From positions 797,510 through 861,509 of the forward strand of contig NW_003314312.1 in assembly GCF_000143415.4 (NCBI RefSeq): 64,000 nucleotides of DNA, in the 5' to 3' direction. The notes under the pieces were generated by a model. That model was not told where the DNA came from, searched no databases, and saw nothing but the letters and a program-made list of their open reading frames with translations. Position 1 is the stretch's first letter, and each line of letters starts with the position of its first letter. Made by a program: the position numbers and the translations under genes. The DNA is from Selaginella moellendorffii. Lineage: Eukaryota; Plantae; Lycopodiophyta. Positions 45,001 through 56,797 of this stretch are shown in pieces.

Positions 45001-47517
45001 ACCATCTCTATTGCAGAAGTGCTCTTCGGACCGGACGTCAACGATAAGCTCTCGACCTGGAACCGGCATACCAGGTGCCAGATTTTATACCAGGGTCTCA
45101 ACAAGGAGAGTCATGGGTGATGCAGCGCACTTTGGACAAGCTTGTTGCTGTCCCGCTGGGAAAGCCCCACCGGTGAGCAAATTGAGCAACAGAAAGATTA
45201 CATTGACAAGACAAACAGTTCTTGGCCAGTGTTGTGCAGCTGATGTCCAAGTAGATGGAACCGACTCACTCGATACAGCCATGCAGTTCTCAAACAAGCT
45301 GAAAAATTAGCTGCTGATGGATCTGGAAGAGGAATTCAAAGGAGGGGCACGATAATTCGTGGCTATATGTTTCTTACTTAAAGATCCTTATCGACCAGTA
45401 TTTTGATTCCTCAGAGGAGTTTGCTTCCCTGGGAGAGCTGCAGAAGCACACATGCTATAAACCATAATGAGGATAGAAAAACTACGTAGATATCAAACTT
45501 GAACACCAATTTTAAGGTTTAATTCTTGCTGAAACTCTAGTCCCTAATAGTAAGTTTTCTCTGAAGCATGATTAGGAAATGATAAAAAAAGTACTTGAAA
45601 TCACTCTAAAACTACTTCATTGATAATCACTTCAGATTTTTTGTATCCCGTTATCATTATTTTACAATAATTTAAACATCAGTTTGTATTGGTGATAAGT
45701 AAAAATAATAACATTAAACTTTGATTATAAATTGAATTAGTGAAAATTTAAAAGTAGAAAATCATGACTATTGGATTGAGGAAACTATAGCTATATTATT
45801 TACACCTCTCCTACTACAAGTTTTCTAAAGAATAAAAAGTACTTAGAGGTTTTTGGTGTAGTATTGGATATACCTCAAAAATATTCTTAGATATTCTGGT
45901 ATATTTTACTATTTAACAAATTAGCCTTTAATTTATAAGCCTTTTCAAGTTAGTAAATACCCTTTACCTTTACCCTTTGAGCAAACACCTCCATACATAT
46001 TCTAGCAGTTAATGTACAATCTTGTGTATATAAATTATAAGCATGTTTGTACTTTATAAACATTATTAAACATGGATTCAATTTGGTCTAGTGGTCTCTT
46101 TGCTTTAAGTTTAGTTCCTTGTCAATAGCTATAAATGGGTGGTTCTATTCAATGGCATTGATGTGAAAGTTATGATTCTAGCTTTGTCCTATTTTCTAGT
46201 GTAAAACCAGAAAAAAAAAGCCATGGATCAAACTCCAGATCCAAGATTGATTGATATTGATTGCCAAATGATACTTCTACACTTTAATAAAAAGTATAGT
46301 AGTAGCCAATCAATGGAAAGAAAAACTAGTACATATCTAGCATTCTCTACATACCATTCAGCTTTAGAAAGTGGCAAGTTTAGAGTTTCAGGCAAAGAGC
46401 AAAGTGCTTATTAGGAAGTTTGTTTTTCCTTTATTTGATCTAGTATTTATGTATCTTGAGTCTATAAAAAAATATTTTAAATGATTTCAGTTCTAAAGTA
46501 TATTGTTATAATAGGTGCACTGCCTCAAATTGTGAATCAAAATTTGAAGTTAGAATAAAAGGATTATATATTATAGTAAAAATAAGTAAATTATTAAAAA
46601 AGTTAATATGTAATTTAATATTTGCTTATGGAGTCTTTTGCTTCATGTAGAGCCAAAAATGTCAAAACAAATGAAGTTGGATATATTGTGGCTAACACTT
46701 TATCAAAGTTTTTCAAGACTTATGCATATATTCGCCCCAACCATTTTTGACGCTTTTCGATTGGTACAATGTTAGGAAATATCACTTCTTCCACATATAA
46801 TTGCATGTGCTTCAGTTCCATATCATAAAATTTTTAATCAATTAGAAAAAGGTGTGCACTGTTGTTTATGGGTGTTTTCCTCTATACTTGAATTTGTACA
46901 AATCATCTCTTTAGTTATTTTCTTTAATTATTTACAGATATAAAAAGTATAAATATGATGCTATATACTAATATTATCATAATGAGATTTGATTTTAAAT
47001 TCAAACAATTTCCTATTTTCTCTCTATATAAACTATGTTTATTTAGTATGGCTTAACTTGAAAATATCATAATTTATATTATAATACTAATAATACTAAT
47101 TTTCTTACCATTCAATATAAAAAATAAATCTAAAGTCTATTGTGATTTAGAAGAGCTTATTTTTCCTATTTCTGTAATGTAATATTTCAATATAAACCAA
47201 ATTAAAATTAATTTATACTATATTTTATTAATTAAATTTTTAAAATAATAATTTTAAAAATGCCAAAAAAATTTATATATTAGATATATGGTAACTGTAT
47301 TAAAGATTTAAATTTTAAATTATCTTTTATTTTATTATAAATTAGAAGTTATAACATTTAGCTATTTTTATTAATATTTATTTTAATTTTAAATTTTTTG
47401 TGTAAGTTAATAGTGTAGTCAAATATAAATCTAAATTAAAAGTCATATTAGTTTTGTAGTATTTTATATATAAAAGGTTTTAAAACTCTTTTTATCACAC
47501 TCTTATTAATTATAGAT

Positions 47518-48384
47518 ATGAAGTATTTTTATATTTTATTCTTTTTTACATTTTGTATTAACATACAGATAATTTTTGCTCCAAAGAAGTTTCCTCCAGC
47601 ATTTGGAAGATTAAATATTTTAAATCAGCATGATATTAAAACAATTATTGGAGCTATTTATGGTTTAATATTTACAATTGATCGTGCAAAAAATGATTAT
47701 ATTGTTCAAACATTTAGTGAACAAACTGAAGTGATTACATCACAAGGAATTGTTGATTTGATAATTAAAGTTAAGCCAAATTGTGATGGTGATGGTACTG
47801 AAACTATTAAAGGTGAGAATTTAATAGAAGGTTTTAATAGAATTGTGAGTAGTACTGTTACTAGTATTTCTGAAAATCTTTCAGACTTTTTTCAAAAAGA
47901 AACCAATAAATTTTCTATACAGTATAAACTTAGAGAAAGGTCTGAACTTTTATTAGAAAAAAGACATGAAAAATATCATACTTTATTTTTATATTGTCGT
48001 CTTGAAAGTAGCAATTTATATTCTGGTTTTAAAATCTATAGAGATCAATTTTTAAGATCACCAAATAATAAGAATAGTTTGTTATTGGATTCAAGATGTA
48101 ACCTTATCTTATATTCAAAAAATTTTAAAATTTGGGAATCTGAAACATCAAGAAATACTTATAAAAATTGCTTTTTATTATTAATGTTAAATGGTAATTT
48201 GGTTTTGTTTTATGATGAAGAAATTATATGGGATACTAAAAGTTTTTGTAAGGAAAGTCATTGTACTTTGATATCAGTGTTCACTATTCAAAATGATTGT
48301 AATTTAGTAATTTATAATGCAAAATATCCTAATACTGTATTATGGTCGTCAAAAACCTCACATCATAAGTTCTGTTATATTTAA
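47518..48384 (+). CDS. Secreted protein with an unrecognised N-terminal domain and a C-terminal bulb-type (GNA/B-lectin) mannose-binding domain; extremely AT-rich
   Basis: 288 aa intronless ORF; hydrophobic signal peptide; LRSPNN..LLLDSRCNLILY...IWES.T...LLLMLNGNLVLF....IIWDT...IQNDCNLVIY....VLWSS; QxDxNxVxY intact at the third site; TATATATAAAA about 45 nt upstream and AATAAA at 48418. Confidence 0.8.
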   Translation: MKYFYILFFFTFCINIQIIFAPKKFPPAFGRLNILNQHDIKTIIGAIYGLIFTIDRAKNDYIVQTFSEQTEVITSQGIVDLIIKVKPNCDGDGTETIKGENLIEGFNRIVSSTVTSISENLSDFFQKETNKFSIQYKLRERSELLLEKRHEKYHTLFLYCRLESSNLYSGFKIYRDQFLRSPNNKNSLLLDSRCNLILYSKNFKIWESETSRNTYKNCFLLLMLNGNLVLFYDEEIIWDTKSFCKESHCTLISVFTIQNDCNLVIYNAKYPNTVLWSSKTSHHKFCYI

Positions 48385-48636
48385 TTATTAAAAAGCATTA
48401 TCGTTCTAGGTTTACTTAATAAAATTTAGTAATTTTAGCTAAATAATAATAACCTATCATTTGTGATCTCCTCTAACAATTATTTAAGTAGTGGTGGAGT
48501 TGCTATTATTCTTTTAGATGTATGTAAATGTATATTTTTTTAAAATACCTGTTGCTCCTACTAATAATAATATAAAGTTTCTTAATGTTTTTTAAGGGAC
48601 CCTTTGATAGTTTAATTCCATATACACATCTTCTAA

Positions 48637-48960
48637 TCAAGCAAAGTTAGTAGAACCAGCAAAAGGAGCAGCAAGCCTGGACAACAATCCGCTGTTGGCA
48701 GCATCACTGTTGCTGCTGGAAGACAATGATGATCCTTGGTTACTACGCGAGCTCAAATTCTTGGTGGAAACGTTCCTTGGCACGTCGACAGTGAGGCACA
48801 GATCTACATTCCCACGAAGATCCAAGTTCTCGCCTAAGATGAAATCTCTTTGGAAAGGCACTGGCCCGGAGAGAAGATTGTTGCTGAGATTGAGATGATA
48901 GATGTTGGAGAGCATACCGCAGAAAGCTCAAATCCTCACGAGCTCCGGCGATCACACTTG
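48637..48960 (-). pseudogene. Plant extracellular LRR (receptor-like protein) C-terminal fragment
   Basis: LRYALQ.. / LSNIYHLNLSNNLLSGPVPF...LGENLDLRGNVDLC (LxLxxNxLSGxxP and GNxxLC cap); no upstream gene body. Confidence 0.7.
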
Positions 48961-49059
48961 CATCTTGTAGGACGTGGAGGCACAGAAACACCTAGCGCAG
49001 TTTGGTTCTGAGTCGTCCTCGGGTACACGTCTGATGTCATGAGGTGAGACTGACTACGA

Positions 49060-49875
49060 GAGATGCTTTCTACCAGATTCAAGCACACGAGTTTGTGGCA
49101 AACCGCAAATCATTCGAACTAGATGGCGTCAAGAACTCCTGCAACTGAGCACACGCTCGTCCTCATCGACATCTGTGGCTGCGACATGGAAGAGTCAAAG
49201 GACGAGACTGAGAGCTCTTTCAACGAAGGCGAAGCCCGCATTGCTATTGCTCACGCCCAAAAACTCGTGGAAAGTGGAGTTAAGGCTATTGACATTGGAA
49301 TAGTCACGCCGTATGCGGCCCAGGTATCTATATATTGTTTCATGGTTTACTTGTCTCTAAGTTTCATGCAATGCAGGTGAATGTTCTGAGGCGCATGAGA
49401 AATGAGGAACAGCGTTTACTGGAAGTGGAAATCAGCACTATTGACGGTTTTCAAGGCCGGGAGAAGGAAGCAATGATAATTTCCATGGTTCGCTCCAACG
49501 ATAAAAAAGAGGTGTGGTTTTCTTGTTGAGGTAGCAGTGAGAGTAAAAGCTTTTGCCTTAGGTTTGGTTCTTGAGTGGCAAGCGGAGGATGAACGTTGCA
49601 GTTACGAGAGCAAAAAGACAATGCTGTGTCATATGTGATTCGGACACTGTGGTAAAAGATTTCTCAAGCGGTTTTTGAATTATTTTCAGAATATTGTTAT
49701 GGTCTTTATTATCAGTGACTTAATTGCGGTAAGCTCCTCGTTTCTCTGCTAACGTTTGAGACACATTGCCGCGATCAATCTCATTGTTGCACTTGCGCTT
49801 ACGGATCTATTTCAAGCTCTTGATCCTTGACCAGGCCCTTTCTTTTATCTATGATATTTGGATTAAAAGCTTTGA
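49060..49875 (+). pseudogene. Partial duplicate of the helicase 3' exons and 3' UTR
   Basis: Near-identical to about 44000-44835, introns included; small deletions near 49135 and 49660 shift the frame. Confidence 0.9.
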
Positions 49876-49939
49876 AACATTTTCCCAGCTCTAAGTTTGG
49901 TGTTCCTCAGAAGAAAGAAGCCCTTATTACCACCTGCTT

Positions 49940-52387
49940 TTTACTGCACCAGTAGATCCACATCACTGCCTGTAAAAGAGCTATCTGGCTGAGACAACTT
50001 TTCACTGACCTGGGTCTCGGTTTTACATAGATTTCTTGCGACAACCAAGGTACTATTGCCTTGAGCAAAAATCACAAGATTTCTTCCAGAACAAAGCATA
50101 TGGACATGGTGCATCACTTTCTGAACAGCCCTTGGTGTCTCCCCCAGTGGGAGTATTGGGAGATCCGGACAGCCACGTACGTCCGGTTTTTTTTCTTGTG
50201 GTTCATTGCAATACAATTCAATAGAATGACAACTGCTCCAACTCAAGCAAAAAGCAGTGTCTATATGCTGTTTTTGAGAGTATTGCGGTGCCCATCGAGA
50301 CTGATGGATGCAAAAATGCAATTTGGAATTTTCGTGCTGTCTTCGTTGTCGTTTTGCTCCGGCTATCTGCTCGTCTTCTCTTATTCGAGATCAGATGCCC
50401 CGATTATGAACCAGAGGGCAGCAGCGGGTTTGTGATAGAGGGGAAGGCTGCACGAATGCTCACTCGTTGGAGCATGTCATTAGCAGCCAAATGCCCTGCT
50501 TCGCAGCTTGAACAGGCAACCACACTTTGTTTCTTGCTACTCCAGGACATAGCAGCTTCACGAAGGCTAAAGAAATAGCCCGTGTGTGATCGACGTGAGT
50601 CAATCGCTATATCCCTGTAAGCTGCAAGATTTTGGCGTATAGAAAATGGAAAGTAGCATGTACGTTTCGTTTTACGGCTGAGGAGGATCAAGAAACCTGC
50701 TTACCATGCTTACCACAAAAGCGAGATCTGGCCGCATGCCACAGCCAAATACATCAAACTTCCGATAGCACTTTTTGAATGCTTTTGTCATCAAGCTTTT
50801 TGTACCACTGTCGGAGGCAAGCCATAAATCGCCTTGTGGAGCTTCCACACATAGCTTTCTTTCCCTGGAACTTTGTATCCATCGGACTGCTCCATGCAGA
50901 TGTCTTCATCGAGCTATTCATTCAGGAACGCTGTCTTGACATCCATTTAGAGCACGAGCAGGGTGCGGATTGACCACCGGCGCAAAAGTCTTCGTGTATA
51001 CTCCAGCTACTTGCGAGTAGCCTTTTACTAGCGTTTGATCTGTTGATAGTGGGAATCCACATGGACTTGTACCAATTTTCGCCCGGCCGGAGCTGCTTTC
51101 ACAAAAGAAAAAGTATGAAGGAATTGTACTCTTAGTGGAAAGCTGCAGCACAGCTGCGAGGAACTTCTACGCCAGCCGGCAAAATCTCGATGAGACTCTG
51201 TTGCAAGCATGGTTGGGGGGAGAGAATAACCCCAGGCTGAACCAGTTTCGTGGCGTGTTGCTAGGGTACAACGAGGAGTTACAGGTTGTTCAATCCCCAC
51301 GCCACGCTCACTTGGCATAAGCCTCCTCCGGTTTTTCTTGGGGATGTGGGTGAAGGCCTCACAACCAAAAACAAGCCACCGACCAGTCTTCCTTTAGGCG
51401 TCTTGCTCGCGACGGCCCTGGTGGGATTTGTAAGTAGCATGCGGTCATAACCGCTTCAGCCCAAAACATTACATTATAAGCCTGAAGCATGCTATTTGCC
51501 CCATCAATCAGGCTCCGGTTTTTCCTCTCAGCCATTCCGTTCTGCTGCGAGGAATAGGGGGCAATTTGTTCCCGTTGAATCCCATGTTTCTGGAGGAACA
51601 TGGAAAATTCGCGAGAAACGTACTCACCACCTCGATCTGAACGAAACCGTTTAAGTTTCTTGTTCGTCTGATTCTCAGCGAGAGCCTTAAAAATCTCAAG
51701 CTTGTTGAGAGCTTGAGATTTGGACGTCAAGCAGTCTTCCTGCTGTAGTCAAAGTGATAAAGTATTTCGAGCCGCCAAAAGAAACATGAGGGGAAGGACC
51801 CCAAATGTCACTATACACGAGCTCTAATACTTGGGAAGCTGAAAGTGGGATATGATGCTGCTTGCCGAGTTGACAACCTTGGCAAAAAAAGAGGTTTTCC
51901 AAGGTCTCTAAACTTGGAATCCATGTGATCTTTGGAGAGAGCTCGCGTGGCCAAAGCGCTTGTGCCAAAGCTCTAGCTGATCGGTTTTGGAAGCCACGAA
52001 CGTAAGGAAGTGATGTGGTTTGTCAACCACTTCGACTGCTTGTATGTGGCGTCCACATATCACAAGTGTTCAGCATGATTCGTTTTCTTGCAATGCGGGC
52101 AGGGGTCGAATTTCCTGGTCGTGTTGGAAGAACTCCCACTGGAACGTGACGGTTTCTTCTTGCCTGGCCTTGCTGTAATGGGAGGGAGCGAGGTGGGGAA
52201 GGAGGGGGAAGAGGAGGAGGAGGTGGCAGAGAATTTGGAGAATTTGCTGCCATGGGAGGTGCACTAATCCATTCTCCTTGCTCTAATTTGCCTTGTGATA
52301 CATCTTGTTGCTGCTTGAGCATGCCAACGCATCCTACACTGCTCTCTCCATCTCCTAGTCATCCTGGATCGTACTGCTCTGATACCA
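49940..52387 (-). mobile_element. Decayed Ty1/Copia LTR retrotransposon
   Basis: PBS TGGTATCAGAGC (tRNA-iMet) at 52387-52376; CQGCQLGKQH...LELVYSDIWGP; integrase RSDRGGEY...APYSSQQNGMAERKNRSL; RT (LVKGYSQVAGV.Y..TFAPV) and RNase H (SWSSKKQSVVACSSCEA) remnants; INT-RT-RH order. Confidence 0.9.
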
Positions 52388-53919
52388 TGTTGTCATTCCA
52401 TTGAATTGTATTAAAATGAAATTGGATGAACCACAAGAAAAAGAACCATACGTGTCTCCCAACTTGACATGTCAGCCACGTGGCTATTTGGATCTGCCTG
52501 TGATCCATGCTGAGTTTACCTTTGTAACTTCATTCTGTTATCTAATATGGTTGTTACAAGAAATGAGTATGGACTTCAGTTCAACCATCCACTACACTTA
52601 TATAGCTAGTTCAAGGTGATGTGGAAAGATAAAAGTTTAATGGGTTAATTTCCTGTATTCTAAACAAGAGAAGAAAAGTTATTGTTAGTGGCTCAATCTC
52701 CCATGCTGAGACTTTTGTGTCCACCAGTGGATTTAAATGTCGTAGGATTTGTCTTGCTTCAGTAAGTTCTCATCAAGTTTGACCAGTATCATCTTATAGT
52801 TAGAACTCATGGTTTCCTAAAGCAATAGTATAAGCCAACTACAAAAATCTCGATGAATTAATTGCAACCTTTTATGCAATTGCCAAATGCTTAAACTAAC
52901 CTTGAAATTATAATTTTAAATTGAAATAAAGTTTTTAATAGCCACAATAATCCATAAAACACCATTGTAGCAAATAATATCTTAAATTTATTCATCGGCC
53001 ACCCTCTGAAACCATTATTAACTTGGAATTATAACAAACGGAACATGTCTCTACATTTCCTCTTGAAATTTGCATAACTGACTCACAATTTTCATCTTAA
53101 CACCATATATAAGAGGTTAAACTCATTTTATTTGTCCCCAAGGGAAAAAATGTTCTAAAGCATTGGCTATGTTTGGACTTGTTACACTCATCATCACTCC
53201 ACTATTATATATATTTGCCCTTATTGTGTTAATGTCAGTTGTTCTATTTAAATTTGCTAGACTCATCTTTACTTAACAATTCATGTTATTTGCTATCACT
53301 CTATTGTCATATTCATTTGTCCTCACATCATCATTAGAGTTGAACTCTTGCTCATCCCCTTTACCTTGTTCTTTGAAGAAAAAAAAGTTTAAAGAGTTGG
53401 GATAAAGAAGAAGAAATAAAAAAAATAAAGAAGAAATATTGTAGAAGAAGAAAAAATAAATAAAGAAGCATTAGAAAAAGAACTTTTGGAATTGGAGAAA
53501 TATGGGTTTCACTTTAGGACGTAGGGATTTTTTTTATATGTGCTAATACTATAAATAAGGAAGAAATGTTAGAAACCTAAAGAGGCCATAAAGGCTAAAA
53601 ATATAAAAAAAGTTAGGAAAGAGTAGAAAGTAAAGGAAAAAGATCTGATAATAAATTAAGAGAATCAACTTATCACAATGTGAAAGATTTAGATCATCAT
53701 TGTAGCCATTCTATCTCACAACCTCTCCAAAATTAATTCAGACTTCTATTTGTTTTTGCTAGTTTCTACATGTTTGTCTTCACTCCTAGATAACACTTAG
53801 ATTGGTGACTTAGTGTATGATTGTATGATTCATCAATATACAGCTTAACATGTCCAATAATTCATGTGAGTTGAAATGTTTATCTCACTCATTTAATAAC
53901 TTCAAGACATTGAAGTTAT

Positions 53920-53921
<2 letters not shown>

Positions 53922-54004
<83 letters not shown>
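53922..54004. repeat. (TA)n microsatellite
   Basis: About 41 perfect TA units. Confidence 0.98.
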
Positions 54005-54009
<5 letters not shown>

Positions 54010-56797
54010 GAGCTTTTATGCCACCGTATTACTATTTCTTTGTAATTTTATTTGCATTCTTCTTATGTGTGGTGATGTGTTTTATAAATGTCCTTTAGTT
54101 CTCACTTATAATAATACTCACAAAGTGTAAAGACTTTTAGCATGCCACTATTACTTCCACTTTCTTCAAATACATACAAAATTTTCAATATTTATGCTCT
54201 TCTAGTGGTAATATTATATGTTTACCCACCTATAGCAAGTGGTCTATATAACTTCTATTGCACCTCTAAGATAATTTTGTGATCCATCAATATTTTACTA
54301 GATTGAAGATAAAATATAATATCAATAAAAAATATATTAAGTAACAAAATAAATTTAATGTCATTTGTAAATAAATACCTGTGAACAGGAAATAGAGTTT
54401 TGTCTTATAATTAATTAAGCATATCACTAAAGTGTTTTGCTAAAATTTAAATCTGTGCTAGCAAACACTATTCAACCTTATTATATTATTTGAGAATGTT
54501 CTTTCTTTTGTCATAAAAATAGAAGTGTTAAATAAAACATTTGAAATAACATTCAACATATAACACATTTATATTTCTTTTCTACTTGGACAACATTAAA
54601 TAATGCTTTGAAACACAATCTCAAATGTAAATATAAGTGTTATATAACACTTTATTTTTTAGTAGATTTTCTTGTTTATAGATGTTATTGCAATGTAATA
54701 TTTATACAAAATTACTATAGTGATGCTGTTATATCAAGTGCATCCACATAAAGCTCCTCTGTCCACCATTGTTTTTATTATGAAAAATTATACATTAATG
54801 TCAAAATTTATAAACAACTAAATATCACTATAAAGTTTATTATGATGTTTCTAAGCCTTTTGCCAACAACAAACTTTTTCTAGACTACATCATTATTTTT
54901 TGGTATGATGAATATTTTTTGGTAGCTTTATAAAAATTTAGAGTAATTACACTAAGCTAAATAATCCTCAAAAGTAAGTTGAAAGCCTAGAGATAAGATA
55001 TTCTATCTTTACCTTTTTTTATTTGGAAAGAAAACCCAAAAATAAAATAGAAACATCTTATATTCTCAAATATCCACTTATCTTTAAGTGAAAAAAATGT
55101 AATATGAAATTTTTTGTTTCATTGCTCATAGATTATTGCTATCAAAAGCGTGATGGCATATAAGTAAGTTTGAAAAGACATTAGATTAATCAATTTGACA
55201 TTTAGTAAAATCATGAAAGATATTATGTTAACATTAAGTATAAATATTTATAAAAATGTTTTCATAATCTAATGGAATTGTATTATATGTTCTCTTACTT
55301 TGAACAAAGAACTTTACATTCACTTTAGACCTATTTAATTACTCAATCAAGTCAGTTGCACTTTAGAATTGTCAATCCAGTGTGAGTAAGAGGCTTGTAG
55401 CCAGATAAAAATAAAGAGAAATGAAAAACATTTATAAGTGTCTGTGTGAGGAATGACAGAAAGTCCATAAAATAGGAATAATAGAAATAATTTAAAGAAA
55501 CTTATTTTAGAAGTTTATGTAATGAGAGTTATTTTAAGGTTCTTTTCTGGGACTTTAGCATCACAAGTTTTCAATTTAGCTTCATCTTTGGCATTTTTTC
55601 TTTCTTTTAACCCATTTTTCAAAGCAATATTAATTAAAAAATCTTTCTAGAAAATGCACACTATTAAGCTAAATATTTGACACTCTTTATACCTAGAAAT
55701 TGTAAGGCTTAATAATTCTGTCCCACATAACACCTTACTTGAGTGAATTTAATTTTTAACTCACAACTATTAGCCATAAGACAATTATAAGTAAATATAA
55801 ACTTAATGTGCAACTAAATGTCTTCTTAATATGCAACTAAATATCCATCTCCCATGTGATGAATCTGAAGTCATTTCTGAAGTCCTTTCTATCTTGCAAT
55901 GAATTTAAAATCCTTTACCTATTTTTAGTATCTCAAAATCAAATGACTTAATGTATTGCTTACATGATCAGGTTATATGGGATTAGGTGAGAACCACTTT
56001 GCAAAAACATGTCTTTGTCCTATTAGGAAGGCCTCAATGGTGAGCACATTGAGCAATAAAAAGATCACATTGTTATGATTGATTGTTCTTGGCTAGTGTT
56101 ATCCAAGTAAATGACTAAGGCAACAATAGGATTGAGCTCTTACCAATAGTGAAGATGAATTGAGTCTAAGTTTGCAGCATATGGCTCACTCAATATAGTT
56201 ATCAAGCAAGCTAGAAAATTAGTTGTTAACAAATCTAGAAGAGGAATTCAAAGGGCTAGGCTACATATTTCTTACTTAATGATCCTTACTAATAAGTATT
56301 TTGAGGAGTTTGCTTCCCTGGAAGAGCTGCAGAAGCATATTCTATTTTCGTTTCAAACCATAACAAGGATAGAAAAATTATATAGACATCTATGGGATGC
56401 AAGTCAAACTTGAACACCAATTTAAATTTAAATTTTTGCTAAAACTCTAGTTCCTAAATCGTTTTCTCGATTAGGAATAATAAAGAAAAGTTTTTGAAAT
56501 CTCTAAAAACTACCTCAATACTTATTATAAATAAACTTTTTAAAGTTTTGATCACTTTTTGTTTTATGTACATGTTATCATTACCTTATAAGAATGAGTA
56601 AAATTTAAAATAATAATTTGTATTGGAGCGTATTCCCTGAACGGGCATATCAGCAAAGCCAGGAGAAATGCCCCCAAGAGCTCAATGGAGGCATTTCTTG
56701 CTACAAGTTTCCTAAGGCAAACAAACGATATTTAGAACACTCATTTTTTAAATTGTGTTATTAAATATATGTAAAAGGTTTTCTTGAATATTCAAGT

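Noticed and set aside
52388-52620. Putative 5' LTR of the Copia element
   Set aside because: TGTTG abuts the PBS, but I could not find a matching second LTR, so boundaries are unsupported
52600-56000. Possible decayed exons in AT-rich DNA (for example about 55530-55650 on the minus strand; similarly 46620-46830)
   Set aside because: Short interrupted frames with no motif I can assign; needs a translated search
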